NCBI GenBank assembly: GCA_964016885.1
Contig: OZ024760.1
Coordinates: 13,082,001-13,146,000, forward strand
Reading direction: 5' to 3'
Length of the DNA: 64,000 nucleotides
Origin: Eledone cirrhosa
Taxonomy: Eukaryota
Below the pieces are notes generated by a model. The model made no database searches. It saw nothing but the letters and a program-made list of their open reading frames with translations, and was not told the DNA's origin. Position numbers and translations under genes: made by a program. Shown piece by piece: positions 25,008 to 39,682 of this stretch. Every line of letters begins with the position of its first letter. Within the stretch, counting starts at the first letter, position 1.

Positions 25008-25139
25008 CAGGAGAACATGATATGAAGGCTAAAAAACACTTGTTGATAGTGCAGTTTTAAATCAACATATGTTGATGATGTTTGTTTTTGAAATGCGCAT
25101 AATAAAATATATGGAACTCCTTTAACCATCTTTTGATCT

Positions 25140-25177
<38 letters not shown>

Positions 25178-25184
25178 GAGCAAC

Positions 25185-25256
<72 letters not shown>

Positions 25257-25263
25257 GAGCAAC

Positions 25264-25335
<72 letters not shown>

Positions 25336-25344
25336 GAGCAACGA

Positions 25345-25375
<31 letters not shown>

Positions 25376-27481
25376 CAAAGAGTATATACAGAGTATAGAG
25401 CAGAGAACAGTATCTGGATATATATACACATATCTAAGTATCTATACATCTATCTATATCTATATGCATTTTCACATTTATCTAAATTATATTTACATAC
25501 ACACACACATATACTCCATTAAAATATTCTCATTCATCTAAATTATTTATAGATATACACACACACATATATATATATATATACATACATATACATATAT
25601 ATGTACACACACACATATATAGACATATTTTTTATCATTTTTATTATTTATAAAATATAAAAGGGAGGAATGCAATTTTTAGAAATTATTTTTCAATTAT
25701 GTTAAAATCAACCGTATATAAGTGTGTATATATGTATATATGTATGTATATATATATATATCTGTATATAAATAAATAAATAAATATTTATATATATATA
25801 TATATATACATACATATGATAAAACAGCTAAAATAAGCGAAAGAAACCATATTTTATTCAATAAACCTCACTTCTTCACTGCCAAAATGACAACAACAAC
25901 ATCAACAACAATAACAACAACAACAATAACACTACAACATCACTAGACACAGCAAAGGCAATTAAAAGACAGTGAAAAATGAATTTTTGCAATGCATTAA
26001 ATAGAAAATTGTAAAATGCTAAAAGCTTGATTCAGTAAAATGGTTTGCAGAAGGTTTCTTTCGATTTACCAGGCATGGCTGTCTGGTGAAGATGTTTGTG
26101 ATGTAATCATGGAGTTTGGGGGTTCAAGGTCAGGCTGAGATACAGAGCTTGGCAGAGGGAGGGGCACTTCAGGTTTGGGGTGGGATTTTGGTGCTCATAC
26201 ACAACAAATTAGAATACACTGCAACCTCTCCCCCAAATTTGATATATCAAAATAATAATAATTGTTTCTACTATTGGCACAAGGCCAGAAATTACCCAGT
26301 GTATTACTGGTACTTTATTTTATCGACCCCATAAGGATGAAAGGCAAAGTTGACCTTGGTGGGATTTGAACTTATTATCAAAATAATAATAATAAGAAGA
26401 AGAAGAAGAAGAAAAGGAAGAGGGGGGAAATGATGATGATGTGGCACACACACACATACATACACATACATATGTATGCATAAATATATAAAATATATAT
26501 AAATATGTGTATGTGTCTGTGTGTCTGCATGTGTAAATGTATATACATATACATATGTGTGTGTGTATAAATATATATATATATGTGTGTGAATAAATAT
26601 ATATACATATGTGTGTGTGTATAAATATATATTGAGTGTGTATGAGTGTGTATAGTTCTCTAGGTATAGAAATATGGCTATGTGAAAGTGTATATATATA
26701 TAGAGTGTATGTATATGTATGTATAAATATGTGTATACAATGTTTCTACACACATTAAATGAACTCTAACAAAAGCCAAATTAGTTGATGATTTATAATG
26801 ATGAGCTTTGTAGAGAATGTTTTTAATTAATCAATCAACAATTGATGTTGCTATGGTAACCATGACAGCACCATATTTGGTCATATTGCTACCCATATCA
26901 GACATTTGTGCTTATGTGTGTGTGTGTGTGTGTGTGTACATGTGTATGTATGAAATAAAGTGTCTTTCTTATGGACATAAGACATTGCACATTCTGGTCT
27001 GGGAATCGAACTCACAACCTCACTATAGTGAATCCAATTCTCTAACCACTAAGCCACACACCTTCACAAGCATAGTATATATATATATATATATCATCAT
27101 CATCATCGTTTTACGTCCGTTCTTCCACGCTGGCATGGGTTAGACGAGTTGTCCTGTTGTGTGCAGTGTCTGGTCGGCTGACCATGCCTTGCTCATACAG
27201 GAACTGATTTGGCTTGATTTCTACAGCTGGATGCCCTTCCTAACACCAACCTCGTTTACAGTGAGTGCTGGGTGCTTTTTCGTGGCGCCTACACGTCCAC
27301 TTTACAGTGTGGGCTGGGTGCTTTTTTGCCGTGGCACCTCCACGACCACCTTGCAGTGGGAGGGTGTGGGGGCATATTGTCTATATGCTTCAGCTTGTGC
27401 CCATGGGAGGTCGGGTACTCCGTATTACTGCGTGACGCCAGAGGTCACGGTCGTATATATAAAATGTATATATAGATGTCT

Positions 27482-27557
<76 letters not shown>

Positions 27558-27942
27558 TAAATAGATAGATAGATAGATGTACAGCTAAGATAGATATATA
27601 TAGCTGTATATCTAGATAGTTAGAGAAATATATAGATATATAGAGAGGGGTGTGTGAGATATATAGAGATATAGAGAGGGGTGTGTGAGATATATAGAGA
27701 TATAGAGAGGGTTGTGTGAGATATATAGAGATGTAGAGAGGGGTGTGTGAGATATATAGAGATATAGAGAGGGGTGTGTGAGATAAAGATAACTTTAAAG
27801 AGGTGGTGGGTAGATGAGGGGAGTGGGGGAGGTTATCAGACTAATGAGAATTACAGGAAAATATATCAATTGTGAAAAATATAATATTGCACCTGCTTCT
27901 GGATTAAACCACAACAAGTATATGAAGAAACAGTCTACTACA

Positions 27943-27975
<33 letters not shown>

Positions 27976-28617
27976 GCTGCTACTAGTAATACTACTACTA
28001 GTAATACTACTACTAGTAATACTACTACTACTACTGCTGCTATTGCTGCTGCTACTACTACTGCTGCTACTACTACTGTTGCTGCTCTTACTGCTGCTAC
28101 TACTACTACAATAATTACTACTGCTACTACAAATGATGCTACTATTACTGATGATGATGATCACCATCACCACTACCACCACCACCACCACTATCACCAC
28201 CACCATCATCACCACCACCACCGTCACTGTCACCACCACCGCCACCACCCTCACCACCACCACCACCACCAGCACCGTCACTGTCACCACCACCACCCTC
28301 ACCACAACCATCACCACCACCACCACCGTCACTGTCACTGTCACCACCACCACCACCACTACCATCATCATCACCATTATATACACTATACAACATATAC
28401 AGTGTTAACTCAATACCATGGCAACAGATTCTTTCAACTTGGCACCATCCAATCTCAGATGATTTTAAAGACAGTTTCACAGTCTTTACTACACAGTTTC
28501 TTTAATTATAGAGTGTCACATAATTATGGAGAGTCACACACACATACATATATATATATAATTAAATGCATTTATCATCATCATTTTACGTCCGCTTTTC
28601 TCTGCTTGCAAACATAA

Positions 28618-28650
<33 letters not shown>

Positions 28651-28687
28651 TATATATATATATGTGTATATATATATATATATATAT

Positions 28688-29108
28688 GTGTATATGTATA
28701 TATATATATATTGTTATACTTGGGGAGGGTCATATTTGTGTATAATAATATTGTCAGAATTAATAACAGAACACACTCACTATTTGGTTGGTTTTCGCTA
28801 CAACAGGAGGAAACATAATAGTACCACTGACGATGTTGCAGATGTGCAACGAAAGAACTTTGTTGGACTATATATATGTGTTTGTGTCTATATTGTATCT
28901 GTATTTTTGACCGTTGGTCAGTCAATAGTAACATTGAGGACCGAATAAATTAAATTAACCGATATAAAGGACACAGAAGCGAAAACCAACCAAACAGTAA
29001 GTCTGTTCTGTTATTAATTCTGGCAATATTATTACAACAATATGACCCTCCCCAAGTATAACAATATTGGTTTCGACACACGATTTCATATCAAAAACCT
29101 CGCAAAAC
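28688..29108. repeat. Inverted-repeat element with hammerhead-like core in the loop
   Basis: Arms ~28688-28798 and 28980-29066; CUGACGA-tgttgca gatg tgcaac-GAAA at 28827-28854 with degenerate stem I; related copy at 24410-24655. Confidence 0.65.
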
Positions 29109-29127
29109 TATATATATATATATATAT

Positions 29128-29473
29128 CATCATCATCATCATTTCATTTTTACGTCCGCTTTTTCCCTGCTTGCAAGGGTGGGACGGGAACTGATTCTGG
29201 CTTGATTTCTACAGCTGGATGCCCTTCCTAACACCAACCTCATTTACAGTGAGTGGTGGGTGATTTTTGCCGTGGCACCTGCATGACCACTTTGCAGTGG
29301 AATGATAGGGACCCCAGTCCTATCATCTCATTTCTACAGCTGAGTAAACTGGAGCAATGTGAAATAAAGTGTCTTGCTTGCTCAAGGAAACAACACATCA
29401 CCGGGTCTGAGACTTGAACTCACAACCTTTAAATTGCAAGGCCAATGCTCTAACCACTAAGCCATGTGCCTCC

Positions 29474-29475
<2 letters not shown>
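29128..29475 (-). mobile_element. tRNA-derived SINE with RTE-type 3' tail
   Basis: Head ggaggcacatggcttagtggttagagc (A box)…gagttcaa (B box); tail cttgcaagcagggaaaa…ggacgtaaaa(tga)n; copies at 32788-33125, 51850-52195, 44598-44822 (partial) and 54885-55120 (+). Confidence 0.8.
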
Positions 29476-29568
<93 letters not shown>

Positions 29569-29569
29569 G

Positions 29570-30382
29570 GTAAGAACGGGATGGAAGAAGTTTAGGGAAC
29601 TACTACCACTGCTAGCTGCAAAAGGCTTCTCCCTCAGAATGAAAGGCAGACTGTATGATGCGTGTATCCGAACAGCGATGTTGCATGGTAGTGAGACCTG
29701 GGCGCTGAAGGTGGAAGACTTACGTAGATTAGAGAGAAACGAAGCCTGCATGCTCCGATGGATGTGTAACAGTAATATACGTGAACGACAAAGCATAAAG
29801 GAATTGAGAGAGAGACTGAGCATAAGAGGAATCAAATGCTGCGTGCAGGAGAGGCGGTTACGCTGGTATGGACATGTGATGCGTATGAAGGATGACAGCT
29901 GCATAAAAAGGTGCAGAGCACTAGAAGTTGATGGAAACCGCGGAGTGGGGAGACCCAAGATGACTTGGGATGAGGTGATAAAAGCCGACCTTGCCCAACT
30001 ACACCTCTCAAAGACAATGACACACGACCGTGACTTCTGGCGTCACGCAGTAATACAGGGTACCCGACCTCCCATGGGTACATGCTGAAACATATAAACA
30101 ATATGCCCCCACTCCCCCCACCGCAAGGTGGTCGTGGAGGTGCCACGGCAAAAAAGCACCCAGCCCACACTGTAAAGTGGACGTGTAGGCGCCACGAAAA
30201 AGCACCCAGCACTCACTGTAAATGAGGTTGGTGTTAGGAAGGGCATCCAGCTGTAGAAATCAAGCCAGATCAGTTCCTGTATGAGCAAGGCATGGTCAGC
30301 CGACCAGACACTGCCCACAACAGGACAACCCGTCTAACCCATACTAGCATGGAAGAACGGACGTAAAACGGTGATGATGATG
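29570..30382 (+). mobile_element. 5'-truncated RTE-clade LINE with long 3' UTR and (TGA)n tail
   Basis: KGRLY…MLHGSETW…MLRWMC…RLRWYGHVMR…GRPKMTW, the RTE ORF C-terminus. Confidence 0.85.
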
Positions 30383-30459
30383 ATATATATATATATATAT
30401 ATATTTTTATATATATATATATATATATATTTTTATATATATATATTTTTATATATATA

Positions 30460-30525
<66 letters not shown>

Positions 30526-30538
30526 TTTTATATATATA

Positions 30539-30576
<38 letters not shown>

Positions 30577-30714
30577 TATATATATATTTTCTGAGTATAT
30601 GTTGGTTGTATAACAGCACTCAACGAAGTGTGCAGGTTGGTTTGGTTACTCTGGAGTAATGTAAAATTAACTAAAATAAATAAGTCAAATGTTTAAAATT
30701 TGGCTTTGTTTATT

Positions 30715-30767
30715 ACTGCTATATATTTCGGTGACAGCCATCTTTGGCTGTGACCTCTTCAGGCAGT
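30715..30767 (-). ncRNA. Hammerhead ribozyme (inverted copy of 30902-30956)
   Basis: actgc-CUGAAGA-ggtcacagcca aaga tggctgtcacc-GAAA-tata-UA^-gcagt. Confidence 0.75.
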
Positions 30768-30901
30768 CCGAATTAGTGTGGTAGAGACGAGTACACATGT
30801 TGTTGAGGTGTTTAACTTTGTCAATACTCTAATATGCCTAGTTCCTGGTTGGGTTGTTATTTCTCTGAGGAACTGGAATCATATGAATCACACTAATTCG
30901 G

Positions 30902-30956
30902 ACTGCCTGAAGAGGTCACAGCCAAAGATGGCTGTCACCGAAATATATATAGCAGT
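30902..30956 (+). ncRNA. Minimal type-I hammerhead ribozyme
   Basis: actgc-CUGAAGA-ggtcacagcca aaga tggctgtcacc-GAAA-tatata-UA^-gcagt; G10.1-C11.1 intact. Confidence 0.8.
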
Positions 30957-31363
30957 AATAAACGAAGCCAAATTTTAAACATTTGACTTATTTTATATAT
31001 ATATATATATAATTGAATATATGAGATTGATAAACACAGGTATAAGTATACATGTGTTCCAATTGCAAAGGACCAATTGTAAAAGACTATTTTGAGTTTC
31101 TAACTCAATGTATGATATATATATAGAAGAAGAAGAAGAAGACGATCGACTTTCGTCAAATCGGACCAAGGGAGCAGTGTTTCCGTTGGTCTTTCCAATT
31201 GCTAATACTATCTATCGGTCGCAACTCCAGGTAGAAGGAGCAACGTGAAATAAAGTGTCTTGCTCAAGGACATAACACATCACCCGGTCCAGGAATCGAA
31301 CTCACAACCTATATATATATACACACACACACATTAAAAACACAGACAATATAGATATATAAT

Positions 31364-31397
<34 letters not shown>

Positions 31398-31426
31398 TAA
31401 AGAAAAATAAAGGAGTTACTAGTTAC

Positions 31427-31518
31427 CTGTCTGAGAATCGACCGCACCATTTTGGTTCTGCCGGGTATGGACATTTCAGGCGAACCATTTCAAGCATACG
31501 GCCGTCTGTTGTCTGGAA
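31427..31518 (-). CDS. Calpain-like exon 6 (catalytic-Asn region)
   Basis: MVRLKCPYPAEPKWCGRFSD (cf. LIRLRNPWG-EVEWNGAWSD); phase 0/2. Confidence 0.85.
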
Positions 31519-32486
31519 CTATACAAGAACATGTAGCTTCTTTAGATTGAAATATATTACTACACCATACAACATGTTTACATTAAAAACTGGATATATT
31601 AAAAACTGCATGCCTTAAAAACTGTTTACATTAAAAACTGGATATATTAAAAACTGCATGCCTTAAAAACTGTTTACATTAAAAACTGGATATATTAAAA
31701 ACTGCATGCATTAAAAACTGCTTACGTTAACAACTACGTAAATAAAAACTGCATACATTAAAAACCGAATACATTTAAAATTCCATATACTCACACACAC
31801 ATTTGCTCCTTCTGTTCCTCTTTATCATCATTGTCACTATTTAGCTCCTGGAGCACCTTGTCCCTTCCTCTTCCTTAACCTCCTCTACACTGACATCATC
31901 ATCATCAATATTATCATTCTCCTCCCCCTCCTCCTTCACTCAACACCACAAACCCTGGCCCACCACCAACACTAATACCACCATCACCATCACCACCACC
32001 ACTACCAAGACCACCTTCACCACCACAACAACAACAACAACAACAACACCAACACAACAACACCACCACCACCACCACAATAACAACACCGCCACAACAA
32101 CACCACCACAACAACAACACTACCACAACAACAACACCACAACAACAACAACAACACCACCGCCACCACCACCACAACAACAACACCACCGCCACAACAA
32201 CAACACCACCACCACAACAACAACACCACCACAACAACAACGACACCACAACAACAACACCACCACCACCACCACAACAACACCACAACACCACAATCAC
32301 CACAACAACAACACCACCAACAATTGAAATGTTTAAAGAACAATGCTGTATTTTATAATATCCGGTCTCCAGCTACAACTGGACGGCAGGTTTCAGCTCT
32401 TGGTTGTCTTACAGTAATCACAATATATTCACATCTATATATACACATAGACATATATATATAGACATACGTATATACATACATAT

Positions 32487-32517
<31 letters not shown>

Positions 32518-32741
32518 CACATACATATACACATATATATATATATATACATACATATACACATATATATATATATATACATACATATACACATACATAT
32601 ACACATACATATATATATACATACATACATATATATATATATGTATATGTTTCGCAACATTTCTTATCTGAAAACGTGTGTTGAAACAGATATTGTTTTT
32701 CACTTCAATTTATTACAAATTTCCAGCTGGCTGGTTTTATA

Positions 32742-32783
<42 letters not shown>

Positions 32784-33289
32784 TGTATCATCATTTCATC
32801 ATCATTTTACGTCCGCTTTTTCCCTGCTTGCAAGGGTGGGACGGGAACTGATTTTGGCTTGATTTCTACAGCTGGATGCCCTTCCTAACACCAACCTCAT
32901 TTACAGTGAGTGCTGGGTGCTTTTTTTTGCCGTGGCACGACCACTTTGCAGTGGAATGATAGGGACCCCAATCCCTATCATCTCATTTCTACAGCTGAGT
33001 AAACTGGAGCAATGTGAAATAAAGTGTCTTGTTCAAGGAAACAACACACCACCCGGTCTGAGAATTGAACTCACAACCTTTCGATTGCAAGGCCAATGCT
33101 CTAACCACTAAGCCATGTGCCTCCATGTATATATATATCATAAAGTATGTCCATAGAATCATTTGATAAAATATATACACCATTTCCTCTCCCAATTAGC
33201 ATAATTAACCACATAAAAAATCAATTAGACCAAGCTATAAGATTAAAAGGCTCCTATGAAGAAATATTTGATAAATAAACGACAGCAGC

Positions 33290-33329
<40 letters not shown>

Positions 33330-33447
33330 TTTATTATAGCTAAGTTACTCTGGAGCTTCAACTGTTTACTCTCAAGATGTTGGCAGCTTGACAAGAATGA
33401 TCTGGTCTAATAAAGATGGAGGAAAAGAGAAACAAATGATGACTTAC

Positions 33448-33516
33448 CTTTGTTGCTGCTGTGACAATGTGAAGGAAGCGATGTGTGTCTTCTGCATCTT
33501 TCCATATGGAGGTATG
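33448..33516 (-). CDS. Calpain-like exon 5 (catalytic-His region)
   Basis: tag|HTSIWKDAEDTHRFLHIVTAATK|gtaagt; aligns by position to GHAYSVT; phase 0/0. Confidence 0.7.
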
Positions 33517-33813
33517 CTATAAATAGATTGAAAGACATATATATATGTAAAGTGGTCGTGTAGGTGTCAACAAAAAGCACCCAGTCCACATTGTAAATGA
33601 GGTTGGCATTAGGAAGGACATCCAGCTGCATAAGTCAAGTCAAAATCAGATCTGTATGAGCAAGACATGATCACCTGACCTAGCATTTCCCATAACAGGA
33701 CAACTCATCTAACCCATGCTAGCGTGGAAAAATGGACATAACGCGGTAATGATATATATACAAACTATAAGGATAAGGAACAAGGATTCAGTGTTGCATC
33801 ATAACATATTTAA

Positions 33814-33909
33814 TAACATCTTACATATGTTTCATTATCGATCAGCTCAAGGCAAGACCTACTATAGATCGAACCTGACTCTGTAATCGAAAGATCGTCA
33901 GATATGCTA
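33814..33909 (-). ncRNA. Hammerhead ribozyme with extended stem II
   Basis: tagcatat-CUGACGA-…tcgatta…tgatcga…-GAAAC-atat-GUA^-agatgtta; one stem I mismatch. Confidence 0.6.
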
Positions 33910-34536
33910 GTATATGAATTTGTCTCCGATTCTGTGTGTTCAAATCTCTAGCTATTATCTACAACACATATTAACATCATGTTATTCTATATCCATTCAT
34001 TGGTTCAATTATATATATATATACATATGGTGGCTGCCAACTCGTTTTCGAGTACGGCCACTACTTTATATCCATGTAGGAGAACCCCTACCGATGCGCT
34101 GAACGAGTGTGACTTTTTAGTCCAGCCAGCGACTTGAAAACTCTGGTACAAACACTACATTTGTGACAATTATTGACACAGAGTGCTGGGCCCATGGTAC
34201 CATGTGATGACAAGTGCAGAGAGATCTCCAGATATAAAGCAATGCCTGTGCCGTGAAGCTTTTATAGTGAGCAAAGGCACTGCACAAAGCCAGTCCCACT
34301 CTCTTAACCAAGATGATATTTACCAAAAAGAAGAACAAGTCAACATCATTGGATACCATCAGGGTTGCAGGTGTTATATCAGAGTTTTCCTTCTCTTAGA
34401 ATTCTGCCTTGACAAAGGCTAAGGGGTCATCTCTCTTATATATATAAACACCTATATAAATATGTGTAGACATATACATACAGGTGTATATTAAAGAAAG
34501 AATTAATTAAACAGTGAATACAAGAGGATCAGTTAC

Positions 34537-34756
34537 CTGAGAAGGTTGGTAGACAATAAATCCTATTGGGGTTAAACGTTTCTCACTTCGCCAACAGACA
34601 ATGAGAGAGCGATGGAAACAAGACATGTGCAAAAGGCGGAATAGGTTATGGGGAGGGTTGACATCCGGTGTGAAGTATTCACAGATGGCGCCAGTGAGGT
34701 CAGTAAGGGCATCCAAGATATTTCCGTTTTCGATGGATTCATATGTCCTGTTACAC
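34537..34756 (-). CDS. Calpain-like exon 4
   Basis: YESIENGNILDALTDLTGAICE (cf. YEALxGG…EDFTGG); phase 2/0. Confidence 0.9.
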
Positions 34757-35269
34757 CTGTAAAAAAATGGAGTTTGATGATTTGCAAAAATGGTTTGACA
34801 ATTTCATGACTATATTTCTAATGAAATATACTCTTTTTTAATTAATTAATCAACAATTTTGAGTGATTTACTGAAAATATTAATTATTTCATTACTAAGA
34901 TAGTAACTTAACCCTTTCATGACCATATTTCTAATTTAATACACTCTATTTTAATTAATTAATGAAGAATTTTAAGGTATTTTCTAAAATTATTAATAAT
35001 TTCATTACTAAGATAGTAACTTAATGTAAGGTTCTTATATAAAATTATGTTGGAAGATTTTTTGTATATCTAAGACTTTGGATGAACAAAGATCTATGAT
35101 GAAAGCCATTCCGGGTGTGACCATTCTGCCTTTTACGTATATCTAAGACTTTATTATCCAGCATACTATTCCTGTTTTCTTTGGTTTTTAACCCCAGGAT
35201 ATAATCTCGAAGAATTTGGCAGTTTTATCTAGCAGGCTAAGAAGCCACCAAGAAGGAACCCTTACTTAC

Positions 35270-35423
35270 TTGGCATAGGCCTTCTCCAAGAGAGGGGCCC
35301 AGTATTCATTATGTGTCCCTACAGGGTCACAATAAGCCATGTGACCATCCAGAAAGGGAAGGTTGTCGTCTATGATTATATCCTGCCATGCTCCAAAACG
35401 CCAAAGTCTGAATATGAAGGCGC
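35270..35423 (-). CDS. Calpain-like exon 3
   Basis: GAFIFRLWRFGAWQDIIIDDNLP…NEYWAPLLEKAYAK, the canonical calpain CysPc motifs; phase 1/2. Confidence 0.95.
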
Positions 35424-35460
35424 CTGAAATGAGAAGAATTAAACAATTGAAGTAAAGCAT

Positions 35461-35499
<39 letters not shown>

Positions 35500-36069
35500 T
35501 TTATATGTGTATATATATACATATATAAATATATACATACACTTTATATGTGTGTGTATATATATAGAGAGAGAGATATATATACACTTTATATGTGTGT
35601 GTATATATATAGATATATACATACACTTTATATGTGTGAGTATATATATAGATACATACATACACTTTATATGTGTGTATAAAAATATATATATATATAT
35701 AGAGAGAGAGAGATATACACTTTATATGTGTGTATATATATATAGATATAGATTTATATACACACATATATATAATGGTTTGCCACCATTTACAACTGAT
35801 CTGCTGGCTGTATATACTGAGGGGGAGAGAGTGAGAGATAAATATAAATAGATAGATAGGGAGAGAGAGAGACAGCAATTAAATTATATTCCTGCACTTA
35901 ATGTCGAACAACAACAACAACAACATTAACAATGATAATAATAATTGTTTCTACTTTTTCTACAATAAGAAGGGGGAGGGGGAGGGGAGGGGGGAGAAAG
36001 ATAATAATCGATAGAAACATGGACATATTGATAGAGTGATTGTGAAGAGGAAAAGAGTGTCGGATGGTG

Positions 36070-36103
<34 letters not shown>

Positions 36104-36106
<3 letters not shown>

Positions 36107-36221
36107 TTAATATAGATGAGATTCTACAGGACTAGAACTGTTTCATTCTTTAGAAATCATCATGATGATTTCTAAAGAATGAAACAGTTCTAGTCCTGTA
36201 GAATCTCATCTATATTAAAAC
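36104..36221. repeat. Perfect 118-bp spacerless palindrome
   Basis: Centre CATG at 36161-36164; same family as 5686-5823, 22350-22506 and 51400-51640. Confidence 0.9.
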
Positions 36222-36882
36222 GTTTATACTCTGCAATGTATTGAGTACCTTACTTACTGTGGTTACCTCCGATTCAACACGGAATAACGTATATATACAT
36301 ATATATATCATCATCATCATCATCACCGTTTTACGTCCGTTCTTCCACGCTAGCATGGGTTAGACGGGTTGTCCTGTTGTAGGCAGTGTCTGGTCGGCTG
36401 ACCATGCCTTGCTCATACAGGAACTGATCTGGCTTGATTTCTACAGCTGGATGCCCTTCCTAACACCAACATCATTTACAGTGAGTGCTGGGTGCTTTTT
36501 TCCGTGGTGCATACACATCCAGTTTACAGTGTGGGCTGGGTGCTTTTTTGCCGTGGCACCTCCACGACCACCTTGCGGTGGGGGGTGTGGGGGCATATTG
36601 TCTATATGCTTCAGCTTGTATACCCATGGGAGGTCGGGTACTCTGTATTACTGCGTGACGCCAGAGGTCACAGTCGTGTGAACGAAGGAATTGTGGTAAG
36701 GAACCAGATGGACCATAACGCACCAGAGTACTCAATACTTAGGGTAGTAGAGTGGGTAATAGGAAAAAGTATGACCCCGACGGCAGAAAATAGCCGTCGA
36801 AACGGCTTGAGCTCTGTCAGGGGGGGGGGGGTCATACTTTTTCCTATGTATGTTTATATATATATATATATATGTTTGTGTG

Positions 36883-36913
<31 letters not shown>

Positions 36914-36933
36914 ATATTTATATATATATATAT

Positions 36934-36964
<31 letters not shown>

Positions 36965-37152
36965 ATATATATATATATTATATATATATATGTGTGTGTG
37001 TGTATATATATGTGTGTGTGTATATATATATATATGTATATATATGTATATATATGTATGTGTATATATATATATGTGTGTGTGTATATATATATATATG
37101 TATATATATGTATGTGTGTGTGTATATATATATATATGTATATATATGTATG

Positions 37153-37191
<39 letters not shown>

Positions 37192-37714
37192 GTATATATA
37201 TGTATATATATACATATATATACATATATATACATATATATGTATGTATATATATATATATGTATGTATATATATATATATGTGTGTGTATATATATATG
37301 TGTGTGTGTGTATATATATATATATACACAGATCAAACCTTGAGACGGTCAATCATGAAACGCACTTCACACCTCAATATAAACGTAATGAAAATTTGAC
37401 AACTCATCCATGTTATATATATATACATATATATATACATATATATATATATGTATATATATATACATAAATAAAGAGAGAAAGAGAGAGAGGGGTGTGG
37501 GTGATGGAATGGGAGAGGGGGCGTGATGACATCAGCAAGAATTTCTAAGCATCGTTAAGATTTGTTAGATTCGTTAGAATCGAGATTAAAGTATTATTTT
37601 GTTGTAACTTGTTACATATCACAGAATAAATCCTGCCATTTTCCTCTCTCTACAACATAGCTTCCAGCTGGTGAAACAACATATTCATCTCCATGGAGAT
37701 CAACAGATATTAAC

Positions 37715-37749
<35 letters not shown>

Positions 37750-38569
37750 TGTTATCATTATCATCATCAACATCATCATCATCATCATTATTATCCATTA
37801 TCATCATCACCATCACCATCATCATCATTACCATCATCATCATCATTATCATTATCATCATTATTGTTATTGTTATTATTACTGATAAAACAAAGTACCA
37901 GTAATACACTGGGATAATTGCTGGCTTTGTGCCAAAAGTAGAAACAATTATTATCATTATTGATTGTTATCATTATAATAATTGTTTCTATTTTAGGCAC
38001 AAGGCCAGCAATTTGGGGAGAGGGAAAAATTGATTAAATCGACCCAGTATATTACTGGTACTTTATTTTATCGACCCCCCCCCCCCCCCCCCCGTAAGGA
38101 TGAAAGGCAAAGTTAACCTCGGTAGGATTTGAACTCAGAATGCAATGGGCCGCAACTCTGTGTCACAAAGCACACACATACACACACCAGTAACACCACC
38201 ACCATCATCATCATCATCATTACTACCACCACCATCAACACCACCATCATTAGCACCATCACTATCATCATCACCATCATTATCATCACCACCATCACCA
38301 CCATCATCACCACCATCTTCATCACCATCATCATCACCAACACCACCACCATTATCAGCATCATCACTATCATCATCACTATCATTATCATCACCACCAT
38401 CACCACCATTATCATCATCATCATCACCATCATGAAATGCTAGTTTTTCCCTTCTAGCAAGATAAGGACAGTTTATCATTGAACATGTCGCTATGTAATC
38501 AATGCTACTGACTTACTGACATCTCAGAAGCTGACCTCTGTTAGCGCCCACCATACTACAGGGCTCTAA

Positions 38570-38725
38570 GGTGTGTGGGGGCATGGTGACCTGTCAAAGG
38601 CCTTCTCTAGATCAAAGTACTTCTGTTGTTGTCTCAAAAGAAATATGAACTGTTATTGCCCTACTTGGCATAAAGTCAAACTGTATCTCATCTAGTTTAA
38701 TTATCTCTCTAATTAGCTGTTCTAT
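38570..38725 (-). mobile_element. Degenerate RTE reverse-transcriptase fragment
   Basis: LDEIQFDFMPSR and, after a frameshift, DLEKAFDR. Confidence 0.6.
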
Positions 38726-39101
38726 ACAACACACACACACGTGTGTGTATATGTAAAAGCTAAATAAATAACAAAACAAATGGCACAGTACATGGAAGAA
38801 ATATATTAAGTTTAACACTTGAAATATATCAAGTTTAACACTTGAAATATCAGGAAGAGAGTTTTAATTCAAGTATCTATACATATATATATTATATATA
38901 TATATACACACACACACATATATATATTATATATATATGTGTGCGTTATATATATATATATAAGTATGTATACGTACATACATATATGTATACAGACGTA
39001 CAGTAGCATGTATGTATCTATATATATATATAAATACATGCACACATATATATATGTACGTATGGATTCACTGAGAAATGAAATTTTGTTTCATTTTTTC
39101 C

Positions 39102-39160
<59 letters not shown>

Positions 39161-39169
39161 TATATATAT

Positions 39170-39573
39170 AAATATTATAATAAAATGACAGGAGGCTGGA
39201 CTTGTGTAAATCCCCGAAAGGCCCACCATACCATGATCATTTCAATGACCGGGTTCCGCATGAATCCGGTGACACCATCAGGCACTTGAAATATAATAAA
39301 TGAATGTAATAGACAAAATCCGGTCGCCCTCAAGTGAGGGGGCTAAAGCCTTGAGGGTGACCGGCAAAAGTGGAAGATGCTGGATGTCGGTTGTCCTCCG
39401 GTCTTTGATTTTTAGCCCCATGGATTTTGTCTATTACATTCATTTATTATATTTCAAGTGCCTGATGGTGTCACCGGATTCATGCGGAACCCGGTCATTG
39501 AAATGATCATGGTATGGTGGGCCTTTCGGGGATTTACACAAGTCCAGCCTCCTGTTATTTTATTATAATATTT
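39170..39573. repeat. ~150-bp-arm inverted repeat, putative PLE pseudo-LTR
   Basis: Arms 39170-39321 and 39422-39573 are near-perfect reverse complements; degenerate hammerhead (CUGAUGG…GAAAUGAUCAUG) inside. Confidence 0.8.
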
Positions 39574-39682
39574 AACTCCGTACTAGTACCACCAACTACA
39601 AAAACGAAGACGGTTGAACTGCTTTACGTTGAGTACTCTCCATATTATTACATTAAGATTGACCATACGGAATTGACCAGTT

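Noticed and set aside
27814-28617. Thr/His-rich 267-aa ORF (similar ones at 31914, 38113, 46229, 50791)
   Set aside because: Trinucleotide repeats open in several frames, no splice or domain support, within calpain-like introns
29400-29475. tRNA-like A/B boxes (also 33050-33125 and 52120-52195)
   Set aside because: Heads of SINEs, continuing into SINE body and tail; not tRNA genes
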